Below, piece by piece: positions 8,566-17,487 of a stretch of 34,574 nt of DNA. The number at the start of each line of letters is the position of its first letter. Position 1 is the stretch's first letter. The notes under the pieces are model-generated. The model had not been told where the DNA came from and did no database searches. It worked only from the letters and a program-made list of their open reading frames with translations. The DNA comes from Candidatus Fervidifonticultor quintus. GTDB taxonomy: Bacteria; Sysuimicrobiota; Sysuimicrobiia; Sysuimicrobiales; Humicultoraceae. Made by a program: the position numbers and the translations under genes. The stretch lies in NCBI GenBank assembly GCA_031459535.1, contig JAVKIJ010000033.1:1-34574 (forward strand), in the 5' to 3' direction.

Positions 8566-9558
8566 ATGCGCAGGAGTCTACATTGGATCGTCGCCGGCAT
8601 GGTGCTCGTGGTCGCGACGGGGCAGGGGTGGGCCCAAGTGCCGCTCCGCATCCGCATCGCGTGGCAGCCGTACAACGCCGTGATCTTCTACACGGCCCGT
8701 GATCTGCGGCTCTTCGAGCGGGTCGGGCTGCAGCCGGAGTATACGCGCTTCACAGCTGGGCCGCCGCAGTTCGCGGCGTTCGCCAGCGAGAGCGTGGACG
8801 TGGGGTTGTTCGGCACGGCCGGGATGGTAGTCGGCGCATCCCAGGGCCTGGAGTACCGCAACTTCTACATCCAGATTGCCAGCAGCTACGCCGACGGTCT
8901 CGTCGTCCGTCCGGATAGCGGCATCACCAGGCTGCCGGAACTCCGGGGCAAGCGCATCGCGTTCATGCGGGGGACCAGTGCCCACCTGGGCCTGGTGAAG
9001 GCGCTCCAGAGTGCCGGCCTCTCGGCAGCAGACGTCACGATGATCCATATGGACGTCACGGCCATGGCGCCAGCGTTCGCCAGGGGAGACGTGCACGCCG
9101 CCTACTCCTGGGAGCCCTGGATCTCGAGGATGCAGGAGGCCGGCGGGCGCGTGCTCGTGCGCAGCCACGATGTCGGGCTGAACACCTCGGACCATTGGGT
9201 GGCGCGGGTGGCCTGGGTCCAGAGGAATCCCCGGGCCGTGCTGTTGATGCTGCGGGCCATTGACCTGGCCCTGGAGGAGTTCCGGCGCAATCCCGCGGTG
9301 GCCATTCGGGCCACGGCGGAGAACCTGGGCGTCAGCGAGGTGGTCGCCAAGCGGATCGTCGAGATCAACCCGGTGTTGACGCTGGAGCAACTGGTAGATC
9401 CCAGGTTCGAGCTCTCCCTGCTGCCCGGCGGCGGCGCCCAGCGCATGATCCAGGAAGTCGGAGACTTCCTCCTGCGCGAGGGGATCACCAGGGCGCCGAT
9501 CGACGCCAGCAAGATCGTGGAGGGGTCGTACATCCAGGCGTACCTCCGGACGAAGTAG
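8566..9558 (+). CDS. ABC substrate-binding protein, SsuA/TauA (aliphatic sulfonate/taurine-type) family
   Basis: Signal peptide; FTAGP, ELRGKRIA..GTSAH, WEPW. GGAGG RBS. Confidence 0.85.
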   Translation: MRRSLHWIVAGMVLVVATGQGWAQVPLRIRIAWQPYNAVIFYTARDLRLFERVGLQPEYTRFTAGPPQFAAFASESVDVGLFGTAGMVVGASQGLEYRNFYIQIASSYADGLVVRPDSGITRLPELRGKRIAFMRGTSAHLGLVKALQSAGLSAADVTMIHMDVTAMAPAFARGDVHAAYSWEPWISRMQEAGGRVLVRSHDVGLNTSDHWVARVAWVQRNPRAVLLMLRAIDLALEEFRRNPAVAIRATAENLGVSEVVAKRIVEINPVLTLEQLVDPRFELSLLPGGGAQRMIQEVGDFLLREGITRAPIDASKIVEGSYIQAYLRTK

Positions 9559-9580
9559 CAGGCGACTACGGAGCGCCTAC

Positions 9581-10576
9581 ATGGCCCAGGCTGTGGTGCT
9601 GGTCACCGCTCGCATGTTCGGGCGGATCACCGACGCTGCAGGCCGCCGCCTGGAGGCGGCCGGATACCGGTTGCGCTTCCCCGCCGACCGCAACCGCCCG
9701 GCGCGGCCGGATGAGGTCCGCCCGTTGCTGAGCGATGTGGAGGCCGTCATCGCGGGCGTCGAGCCGTGGACGGACGATCTGATGGCTGCGGCACCACGGC
9801 TGCGACTGATCTGCCGGTTCGGCGTCGGGTTCGACTCCGTGGATGTGGACGCCGCCTCGCGGCGGGGCATCCTGGTGGCGACCACGCCGGCCGCGAACCA
9901 CACCGCCGTGGCCGAACACACCATGGCCTTGATGCTGGCCGTCACGCGCCGCGTCGCGCGGCAGGACGCCGGAGTCAAGCGGGGGGAGTGGGTGCCCGAG
10001 CCGGGGCCGGAGCTACGCGGCCGGACGCTTGGGATCGTGGGGCTCGGCCGGATTGGGCGCGAGGTGGCCGACCTGGCCCGAGCTTTCGGCATGCGCGTCC
10101 TGGCGTGCGAGACGGCACCGGATCGCACGTTCGTTGCCAGCAGGGCCATCCCGCTGGTGGACCTGGAAACACTGCTGGCCCAATCCGACGTCGTCACCTT
10201 ACACGTTCCCCTCACCCCGCAGACCCAACGGATCATCGATGCTGCGGCCCTGGCGAAGATGCGACCGGGCGCGTATCTGGTCAACACTGGCCGGGGCGGG
10301 CTGGTGGACGAGGCCGCTCTCTACGACGCCTTGGTATCTGGGCGCCTGGCAGGCGCGGGGCTGGACGTGGCCGACCCGGAGCCTCCGGAGAACTGGCGCC
10401 TCGCGCGACTCCCGCAGGTGGTCATGACGCCGCATGTGGCAGGACTGAGTACAGATGCCATTGCCCGCATGGAGACCCTGGCGGTCGAGACCACCCTGGC
10501 AGTGCTGCGGGGCGAGTGCCCGCCGACTGTGCTGAATCCCCACGCCGCGACCCCTCCCGGGAGGCTGACGACATGA
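9581..10576 (+). CDS. D-isomer-specific 2-hydroxyacid dehydrogenase (SerA-like, no ACT domain)
   Basis: GVGFD, AVAEH, GIVGLGRIG, LVNTGRGGLVD, GLDV...EP, TPHVAG. Confidence 0.9.
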   Translation: MAQAVVLVTARMFGRITDAAGRRLEAAGYRLRFPADRNRPARPDEVRPLLSDVEAVIAGVEPWTDDLMAAAPRLRLICRFGVGFDSVDVDAASRRGILVATTPAANHTAVAEHTMALMLAVTRRVARQDAGVKRGEWVPEPGPELRGRTLGIVGLGRIGREVADLARAFGMRVLACETAPDRTFVASRAIPLVDLETLLAQSDVVTLHVPLTPQTQRIIDAAALAKMRPGAYLVNTGRGGLVDEAALYDALVSGRLAGAGLDVADPEPPENWRLARLPQVVMTPHVAGLSTDAIARMETLAVETTLAVLRGECPPTVLNPHAATPPGRLTT

Positions 10577-11478
10577 AACGACTGCGTGGCATGTATCCTG
10601 CGCTGGTCACACCGTTTTGCGCCGAAGGCGCGGTGGACGAAGCCGCGCTGCGGCGTCTTGTGGCCTACCATGTGGCCAAGGGCAGCGACGGGTTGTTCCT
10701 GTGCGGATCGTTGGGCACCGGGCCCGCCATGTCCGCTGAAGAACGCCGACGGGTCGCAGAGGTCGCCGTCGACGCGGCCGGCGGGCGGCTGGGCATCATC
10801 GTCCACGTGGGCTCGATCAATCCGCAGGAGGCGGCGGCGCTGGCCCGGCACGCAGAGAGCCTGGGGGCCGACGCGGTGGCCGCCATCGCGCCGTACTACT
10901 ACAGGCCCACATGGCCGGTCGTGCGCGCGTTCTATGAGCGGCTGGTGGATGCGACCCGGCTGCCGGTCTGGGCGTACAACCAACCGCTCCATACCCACTT
11001 CGAGTTCACGGTGGACCAGGTGCTCGAGCTGGCCCAACGGGGCGTGCGCGGGTACAAGGACGGCGGGCTCTCGCTCTACGCGTTCCAGCAGGTGCTCGGC
11101 CGCGTCAACCGGGAGGAATTCACCGTGTTCACCGCGGTGCCGTCCGTGCTGTTTGCCGCCCTGGCCGCCGGCGCCGACGGGTTCATCGGCGGCCCGAACA
11201 ACGCTGTGCCCCAGTTCTACAACGCCCTCTACGCCGCGGTGCGCGCCGGCGACTGGGCGCGTGCGGTGGCGCTCGAGCGCCGGGCAGGCGAAGTGTTCCG
11301 CCTCTGCGGCGGCCCCGGAAACGTTCCCATGTGGCAGGCGCTGCTGACCGAGTTTGGCGTCGAGGCCGGCCTCACACGGCTGCCGCACCCACCCATCACC
11401 GACGAGGTGCGCGCCGCGGCCAGCGCCAACGCAGCGCGCCTGCGGCAGATCCTGGCCGAACTACACGTTGCGTGGTGA
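10573..11478 (+). CDS. DHDPS/NAL-family Schiff-base aldolase or dehydratase
   Basis: PALVTPF, GSLGT (divergent GxxGE), PYYY, catalytic YNQP and YKDG. ATGA overlap with the upstream gene. Confidence 0.85.
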   Translation: MKRLRGMYPALVTPFCAEGAVDEAALRRLVAYHVAKGSDGLFLCGSLGTGPAMSAEERRRVAEVAVDAAGGRLGIIVHVGSINPQEAAALARHAESLGADAVAAIAPYYYRPTWPVVRAFYERLVDATRLPVWAYNQPLHTHFEFTVDQVLELAQRGVRGYKDGGLSLYAFQQVLGRVNREEFTVFTAVPSVLFAALAAGADGFIGGPNNAVPQFYNALYAAVRAGDWARAVALERRAGEVFRLCGGPGNVPMWQALLTEFGVEAGLTRLPHPPITDEVRAAASANAARLRQILAELHVAW

Positions 11479-11491
11479 GGGCGTGACATCC

Positions 11492-12394
11492 ATGAGGGTC
11501 GGACTCGTCGGCGTCGGCACCATGGGCAGCCGCATTCTGGCGCGGCTGATCGAATCTGGCCACAGCGTCGTCGCCAGGGATATCGCGCCCGAAGCCGAAC
11601 ACCGGGCGGCGCAGGCGGGCGCCACCGTCGCTGGCTCCCCGGCAGAGGTCGCCCGGCGGGCGAGCCTCATCCTCCTCTCCCTCCCCATGCCAGCGGACGT
11701 GGATCAGGTCGTCGGCGGCGACGACGGGCTGCTTGCGGGGGCGCAGCCGGGCGCCATCATCGTCGACCTGAGCACCGTCGACCCTGATACGACCCGCCGC
11801 AACGCCGCGCGCGCCGCCGCCCGGGCTGTCGGGTACCTGGACGCGCCGGTCCTCGGCCGGCCGCCCGGATGCGGCCGTTGGACCCTGCCGGTCGGCGGGG
11901 AGGCCTCACAGCTGGAACGCGCGCGGCCGGTCCTCCAGACGCTCGCCGCCCGGGTGATCCACGTGGGATCCAGCGGCGCCGGCAACGTGGTCAAGTTGCT
12001 AAACAACATGATGTTCTCGGCCATCAATGCGGTGACCGCCGAGGTGCTGGCCGTCTGCGCCGCCCTGGGCATGGACCCGCACGTCTTCGTGAGCGCGGTG
12101 GCCGACAGCGGGGCCGCCACGGTGAGCAACCTGTTCCGTGAGCTTGGACCCAAGATTCTGGCCCGCGACTTCTCGCCGGCGTTCAGCATCGACCTGCTAC
12201 ACAAGGACGTCCGGTTGGCGCTGGAGATGGCCTCCCGCGCCAAGGCGCCCACGGTCATCACGCCGGCCGGCTTGGTGCTCATTGAGATGGCCCGCGCCCG
12301 CGGCCACGGTGCAGAGGACACCGGGGCGGTCGTGAAGGTCTTCGAGGCCCTGAGGACCGGCGAGACGGAGCCGCACGGGGAGGTGCGTCGGTGA
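11492..12394 (+). CDS. NAD(P)-dependent beta-hydroxyacid dehydrogenase (3-hydroxyisobutyrate/6-phosphogluconate dehydrogenase family)
   Basis: GVGTMG, DLST, DAPVLG, catalytic KLLNN, F....L.KD. Confidence 0.88.
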   Translation: MRVGLVGVGTMGSRILARLIESGHSVVARDIAPEAEHRAAQAGATVAGSPAEVARRASLILLSLPMPADVDQVVGGDDGLLAGAQPGAIIVDLSTVDPDTTRRNAARAAARAVGYLDAPVLGRPPGCGRWTLPVGGEASQLERARPVLQTLAARVIHVGSSGAGNVVKLLNNMMFSAINAVTAEVLAVCAALGMDPHVFVSAVADSGAATVSNLFRELGPKILARDFSPAFSIDLLHKDVRLALEMASRAKAPTVITPAGLVLIEMARARGHGAEDTGAVVKVFEALRTGETEPHGEVRR

Positions 12395-13815
12395 TCGCCG
12401 TTCCGCTGGAGTATGGCGACGAGATGATGACCGTCGAGGTGCCCGACCACGCCACCGTGTTCTGGCCCGGCCGGTCCCATCAGGATCCGCCCGAGGTGGA
12501 TCCCGCCGAGGCCACGCGCCAGGCGCTGGCTGCGCCGTGTGGCGCACCGCCCCTGCGGGATCTGGTGCGAGCCGGCAGCCGCGTCGTGGTCGCATTCCCG
12601 GACCGCGTCAAGGGCGGCACCCACGAGCGCGCCCACCGCAAGGTCGCGATCCCGATCATTGTGGAGGAACTGGAACGCGCCGGCGTGCGCCCCGAGCACA
12701 TCACGTTGCTGTGCGCCATGGGGCTGCACCGGAAGAACACCTACGAGGAGCTGGTCGGCTACCTCGGCCAGCGGACGGTGGATGCCTTCTGGCCCGATCG
12801 GCTGCTGATGCACGACGCCGAGGACCCCGACGGCATCGTCCGCCTGGGTACCACCGAGTACGGAGACGTGGTCGAGGTCAACCGGCATGTCGCCGAGGCC
12901 GACCTGACCATCCTCGTCGGCCACACCCAGGGCAACCCCTACGGCGGCTACAGCGGGGGGTACAAGATGGCCGCGACCGGCATCACCACCTGGCGGTCGA
13001 TCCGCGGGCACCACAGCCCGACCACGATGCTGCGGGCCGACTTCGTGCCGGTCAACGTGGACCGCAGCCACATGCGCCGGCAGTTCGATGCGGTGGGGCG
13101 GACGATCGAGCGCGGCATCGGCAAGCGGTTCTTCACCGTCGACGCCGTGCTTGGGACTACGGCGCAGGTGCTCGGCGTCTTTGCCGGCACGCCTGACGCC
13201 GTCCAGGAGGCGTCGTGGCCGCTGGCGGCACGACGGACCGATGTGGCGCTGGACATCGCCGAGCCGTTCGACGCGGTGATCTTCGGCCAGCCTCGGTCGT
13301 TTCACTATGGCCCCGGTATGGGCACGAACCCCATCCTCATGCTGCAGTCCATCGGCGCCCAGATCACCCGCCACCGGGACGTGCTGCGCGAGGGGGTCGT
13401 GGTGATCGTAACCTCGATCTGCGACGGCTGGTTCAACGACGCGTGGTTCCCCTCGTACCGGCCGGTCTTCGAGCGGCTCGCCCTAGTGAACGACTTTGCG
13501 GAGGTGGCGCGCTTCGAGGACGAGATCTCGACCGATCCGGCCCTTGTGCGCAAGTACCGGGTGGAGTATGCCTATCACCCCTTCCATGCGTTCTCGATGG
13601 TGTACATGGGGACGGTGGCCCATCGGTACGCCGAACGCATCTTCATCGTCGGGGCCCGGGCGCCGGGCCACGCCCGCGCCATGGGCTGCACGCCGGTCGC
13701 GACCGTGGACGAAGCCCTGCGTCGTGCCCGGCACATTGTGGGCCCCAATCCCCGCCTCCTGGTGCTGCCGGAGGCGTTCACCAAGGTACCGGTCCACCTG
13801 CGGAGGAAGCGCTAG
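12391..13815 (+). CDS. LarA-family (DUF2088) nickel-pincer-nucleotide-dependent racemase/epimerase-like protein, divergent
   Basis: LEYG start, ALAAP.G...L, AMGLHR, MHDAED, EVNRHVAEADL, GGYSGGYK, IRGHH. GTGA overlap with the upstream gene. Confidence 0.85.
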   Translation: MIAVPLEYGDEMMTVEVPDHATVFWPGRSHQDPPEVDPAEATRQALAAPCGAPPLRDLVRAGSRVVVAFPDRVKGGTHERAHRKVAIPIIVEELERAGVRPEHITLLCAMGLHRKNTYEELVGYLGQRTVDAFWPDRLLMHDAEDPDGIVRLGTTEYGDVVEVNRHVAEADLTILVGHTQGNPYGGYSGGYKMAATGITTWRSIRGHHSPTTMLRADFVPVNVDRSHMRRQFDAVGRTIERGIGKRFFTVDAVLGTTAQVLGVFAGTPDAVQEASWPLAARRTDVALDIAEPFDAVIFGQPRSFHYGPGMGTNPILMLQSIGAQITRHRDVLREGVVVIVTSICDGWFNDAWFPSYRPVFERLALVNDFAEVARFEDEISTDPALVRKYRVEYAYHPFHAFSMVYMGTVAHRYAERIFIVGARAPGHARAMGCTPVATVDEALRRARHIVGPNPRLLVLPEAFTKVPVHLRRKR

Positions 13816-14447
13816 TGCGCATCCATGACCTGACCCATCCGGTGGGCGACGGCACCGAGGCAGGCTTCCACCTGCCTCCAGCCACCGTTCGGCTCTGGCA
13901 GCCCGTGCCGGAGAGAGGCTGGTGGGCGACGGACATTCGCCTCCCATCCCACATCGGCACCCACGTCGATGCCCCCCGACACTGGCTGGCCGACGGCGCC
14001 ACCGTCGAGGCGCTCGATCTTGACATCCTCGTCGGACCTGCCATCGCCCTGGACCTGACGCGTCGGGCAGACGCCCAACAGGTCACCGTAGCAGACCTGG
14101 AGGCGGCCGCTCCCCAGACCCCGCCCCGCTGGTTGCTTCTGACGGGGTGGGATCGCACCTTCGGTACCCGCGAATACTTCACCGCGTATCCCTCGCTGGG
14201 GCCCGAGGCCGCTGAATGGATCGTCGGCCGCGGGGTGCGCCTGCTGGGCGTGGACATGCCGTCCCTGAGCAGAACCGCGAATCCCGCGACACACCGGGTG
14301 TTGCTGCAGGCGGGTGTCGTAGTCGTCGAGGGGTTACGGGGACTCGCGGCGCTTCTGGGTCGGACATTCGTGATCTGTGTGCTCCCCCTGTGCGTTGCGG
14401 GGGCTGACGGCGCCCCAGCGCGTGCCGTCGCCCTCGAGTTCGAGTGA
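13815..14447 (+). CDS. Cyclase-family (kynurenine formamidase-like) metal-dependent hydrolase
   Basis: DLTHP, HIGTHVDAPRH, GVDMPS, THRVLL, VEGL, GADGAPARAVA. GTG start overlaps the larA-like stop (TAGTG). Confidence 0.9.
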   Translation: MRIHDLTHPVGDGTEAGFHLPPATVRLWQPVPERGWWATDIRLPSHIGTHVDAPRHWLADGATVEALDLDILVGPAIALDLTRRADAQQVTVADLEAAAPQTPPRWLLLTGWDRTFGTREYFTAYPSLGPEAAEWIVGRGVRLLGVDMPSLSRTANPATHRVLLQAGVVVVEGLRGLAALLGRTFVICVLPLCVAGADGAPARAVALEFE

Positions 14448-14457
14448 GGAGGTGGTC

Positions 14458-15504
14458 ATGCAAGCCGCCAGGCTGTTTGGTACTCGCGACATGAGGGTCG
14501 TCCAGGTCAACCGGCCTCACCCTGCCCGCGGTGAGGTGGTCGTCCGGGTGGCGTATGCGGGCATCTGTGGGACGGATCTCGAGATCTACACCGGCCGGAT
14601 GCCGTTCGTCCGGATGGGCTGGGTTCCATTGCCCCAGACGCTGGGACACGAGTGGTCGGGGATCGTCGACGAGGTCGGCGAAGGGGTCACGGAGTTCGCC
14701 CCCGGAGATCGCGTCACAGGCGACGTGACCATCTCGTGCCGGATGTGCGAATACTGCAAGGCTGGCCGGTACAACATCTGTCCCAACCGCAGGTCGGTGG
14801 GGATCATCCGCAAGGACGGCGCGTTTGCCGAGTTCCTGGTGATGCCGATCCACCATGTCTACAAGCTGCCTGAAGGGCTCTCCCTGGAGGATGCCGCGGT
14901 GACCGAACCCGCCAGTTGCGCCCTGCACGCGGTGCAACGTCTGGGCCCAGACCCCGGCGACCGGATCGTGGTGATCGGTGATGGCACACTGGGCCTGCTG
15001 GCCCTGCAGGCGGCCCGTGCCGTGGGTGCAGGGCGCGTGGTGCTGATCGGATCGCACGACGAGAAACTGGCCATCGCCCGGCAGCTGGGGGCGTACGCCA
15101 CGGTGAATCGCCATCGCGACGATGTCGTGCAGGCCCCGCTGGACCTGCTGGGCGGGAAGGTCGAAGGCGTGATCGAAGCCTCCGGCAATGCGGCGGCCTT
15201 CGGGTCGGCCCTCAGGCTCCTGCGTCCCGGTGGGAGAATGGTGATCATCAGCATCTACCATGAACCGGTCTCATCCGCCGACCTAGCCTTTGTCGCGACC
15301 AACGAGATCGTCCTCTCCGGAACCCTGGCAGGCCCCAACGTGTTCCCAGGCCTCCTGCGCCTGATGGCTGAGGGGGCCATTCGCACGCGTCCGTTGATCA
15401 CCCAGCGTCTGCCTCTGGCCCAGGTGCCGGACGCGTTCCAGAAGATCGAGTCACGCAGCGAGCTCTCTGTGAAGACCATGGTGACGATCCGCGGCGAGGC
15501 GTGA
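14458..15504 (+). CDS. Zn-dependent medium-chain alcohol/polyol dehydrogenase (sorbitol/threonine dehydrogenase-like)
   Basis: GICGTD, GHEWSG, structural-Zn CRMCEYC...NIC, GDGTLG. GGAGG RBS. Confidence 0.92.
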   Translation: MQAARLFGTRDMRVVQVNRPHPARGEVVVRVAYAGICGTDLEIYTGRMPFVRMGWVPLPQTLGHEWSGIVDEVGEGVTEFAPGDRVTGDVTISCRMCEYCKAGRYNICPNRRSVGIIRKDGAFAEFLVMPIHHVYKLPEGLSLEDAAVTEPASCALHAVQRLGPDPGDRIVVIGDGTLGLLALQAARAVGAGRVVLIGSHDEKLAIARQLGAYATVNRHRDDVVQAPLDLLGGKVEGVIEASGNAAAFGSALRLLRPGGRMVIISIYHEPVSSADLAFVATNEIVLSGTLAGPNVFPGLLRLMAEGAIRTRPLITQRLPLAQVPDAFQKIESRSELSVKTMVTIRGEA

Positions 15505-15516
15505 CCTCGCAGCCTC

Positions 15517-16398
15517 ATGACCGCGCAATGGCCAGAGTCCTGGGAGGGCCTGCGGGCTCTCGTCCTGGTGGCGGGGAACTCCCGTGCGGTCATCCTCCCC
15601 GACGCAGGGGCGAAGGTAGCGTCGCTGGTCCTGGGGGATCACGAGGTGCTGTGGCGTAACCCCCACGTCCCGATTCGCCCGGCGCCTTACGGCGCGCGGT
15701 ACCGCGACTGGGGGGCCAGCGGCATTGACATCTGTTTCCCGTCGATCGCTCCCTGCCCGTTCCCCTCCCCGCCCTGGCGTGGTCTGGCCGTACCCGACCA
15801 CGGCGAAGTCTGGGCGCTGCCCTGGACTGTGGAGATCCGGCCTGACGGTGCACACCTGTGGGTTGAAGGACGCCAGTGGCCGTACCGCCTGGCCCTGATC
15901 GTACGCCTCGACGACGGCACGCTGGCGTTTACCACGCAGGTGGAGAACCTGGGCGACGCCGCCTTCCCGTACTTGTGGGCCCTCCACCCGGCCTTCCCGT
16001 TGACCAGGCAGACCCGCCTCCGCTGGCCCGCCTCGGAACATGTGGAGGCCAAGGGTCAGCGCATGGAGCTGTACACTCCGGGGCGCGTGCCAGAAGGGTT
16101 CGTGGCAAAGGTCTTTGCCGGACCGCTCCACCGTGGAGAGGTCACGCTGGAGGAGGACCGGATCACCGTGCGGTTCCAGTGGGACCCGCGCCTGCTGCCC
16201 TACCTCGGTGTCTGGATATCCAACGAGGACGAAACCCAGACCGGCGGCCGACGGTGCATCGCGGTGGAGCCTTCGTTCGCGCCCACGGACAGCCTGGAGG
16301 CCGCCTTCGCTGCCGGGTCGGCGCCCGTGGTCGCCCCCGGCGGCACGCACCAGTGGCAGGTCACCATGGCGTCCCGCCTCACTCCCGCAGGGGCGTGA
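15517..16398 (+). CDS. Galactose mutarotase-like (aldose 1-epimerase superfamily) protein
   Basis: GAKVASL, G.D.CFP, PDHGEVW, YLWALHP, IAVEP. Confidence 0.75.
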   Translation: MTAQWPESWEGLRALVLVAGNSRAVILPDAGAKVASLVLGDHEVLWRNPHVPIRPAPYGARYRDWGASGIDICFPSIAPCPFPSPPWRGLAVPDHGEVWALPWTVEIRPDGAHLWVEGRQWPYRLALIVRLDDGTLAFTTQVENLGDAAFPYLWALHPAFPLTRQTRLRWPASEHVEAKGQRMELYTPGRVPEGFVAKVFAGPLHRGEVTLEEDRITVRFQWDPRLLPYLGVWISNEDETQTGGRRCIAVEPSFAPTDSLEAAFAAGSAPVVAPGGTHQWQVTMASRLTPAGA

Positions 16399-16711
16399 TG
16401 TGCTTGACCCAGTAGAACCGCGCCATCTCCCGCACCCGACCTGCGGGCACGCCACGCACCTCGATGGTGTTACCCTCGGTGCCAGAGACCCGGCCGAAGC
16501 GCTGCATCATCAGGGTGTGGAAGCGCTCGGGCGGAAACCGCAACGTAACCCTGAGGTCGACCGTACCCCTGGGCGAGACGTACGCCGCCAGGTCGGGCGG
16601 CATCTTGCCCTCTGCCTGATAGGCCAGCCAGCCGTGCCAGGCCGCGACGACCAGCGTCGCCCCCAGGAGCCACCGCCCGGTGCGCGAGGCGAGCACGCGC
16701 CGCAGCTTCAC
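16379..16711 (-). CDS. Small membrane-anchored hypothetical protein coupled to the ABC ATPase
   Basis: 110 aa; basic N-terminus, one hydrophobic helix, then a compact domain (FPPERFH...GRVSG...YWV). GTGA overlap with the ATPase stop. Confidence 0.7.
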   Translation of the reverse strand: MKLRRVLASRTGRWLLGATLVVAAWHGWLAYQAEGKMPPDLAAYVSPRGTVDLRVTLRFPPERFHTLMMQRFGRVSGTEGNTIEVRGVPAGRVREMARFYWVKHITPLRE

Positions 16712-17481
16712 GCCGGTTGCGACCTCACCAGACCCAGCACGCGGGCCACCAGGCTCTTGTAGGCGTCGTCCTCCACCAGGCGCGACCAGGCACGGGGCCT
16801 GGGCAGGTCCACGTGGATGACCTCCCGGACCCGGCCTGGCCTGGCTGACAGCACGATCACCCGGTTGGCCAGGAAGACGGCCTCTTCGACATCGTGGGTC
16901 ACGAACAGGATCGTGGGCTGGCGCGCCTCCCAGATCCGCGTGAGCTCTTCCTGCAGGGTCATGCGGGTCTGGGCATCCACGCTGGCGAACGGCTCGTCCA
17001 TCAGCATCAGGTCCGGGTGGTTGGCCAGCACCCGGGCCACGCCCACGCGCTGCTGCATGCCGCCGGACAGCTCGTGCGGATATCGGTCCTCGAACCCCTC
17101 AAGCCCCACCAGTGCAATGTATTCCCGCGCGATCCGGTCGCGCTCGGCCTTCGGCACGCCCCGCATCTTCAGGCCGAAGCCGACGTTGTCCAGCACGGTC
17201 TTCCACGGGAACAGGGCGAAGCTCTGGAACACCACACCGCGGTCCGGCCCGGGCCCCTGGATGCGGCGACCGTTGAGCAGGATCTCGCCCCCGGTGGGCG
17301 GGATGAAGCCGGCGATCATGTTGAGCAGGGTGGTCTTTCCGCAACCGCTGGGCCCCAGGATGGATACGAACTCGCCAGCGGCGATCTCCAGGGAGACGTC
17401 CTCCACCGCGGCGACATGCTGGCCGGTGTACAGGTCATAGTAGACCTTGCTCAGGTTGCGGATGACCAACCCGTCGTCCAT
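16708..17481 (-). CDS. NitT/TauT-family ABC transporter ATP-binding protein
   Basis: GPSGCGKTT, PGPDRGVVFQ, LSGGMQQR, MDEPF, VTHD. Confidence 0.93.
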   Translation of the reverse strand: MDDGLVIRNLSKVYYDLYTGQHVAAVEDVSLEIAAGEFVSILGPSGCGKTTLLNMIAGFIPPTGGEILLNGRRIQGPGPDRGVVFQSFALFPWKTVLDNVGFGLKMRGVPKAERDRIAREYIALVGLEGFEDRYPHELSGGMQQRVGVARVLANHPDLMLMDEPFASVDAQTRMTLQEELTRIWEARQPTILFVTHDVEEAVFLANRVIVLSARPGRVREVIHVDLPRPRAWSRLVEDDAYKSLVARVLGLVRSQPA

Positions 17482-17487
17482 CGGGCG

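Noticed and set aside
9581-11478. serA and dapA biosynthetic calls
   Set aside because: The dehydrogenase has no regulatory ACT domain, the aldolase lacks GTTGE, and the context is catabolic. Only family-level calls are kept.
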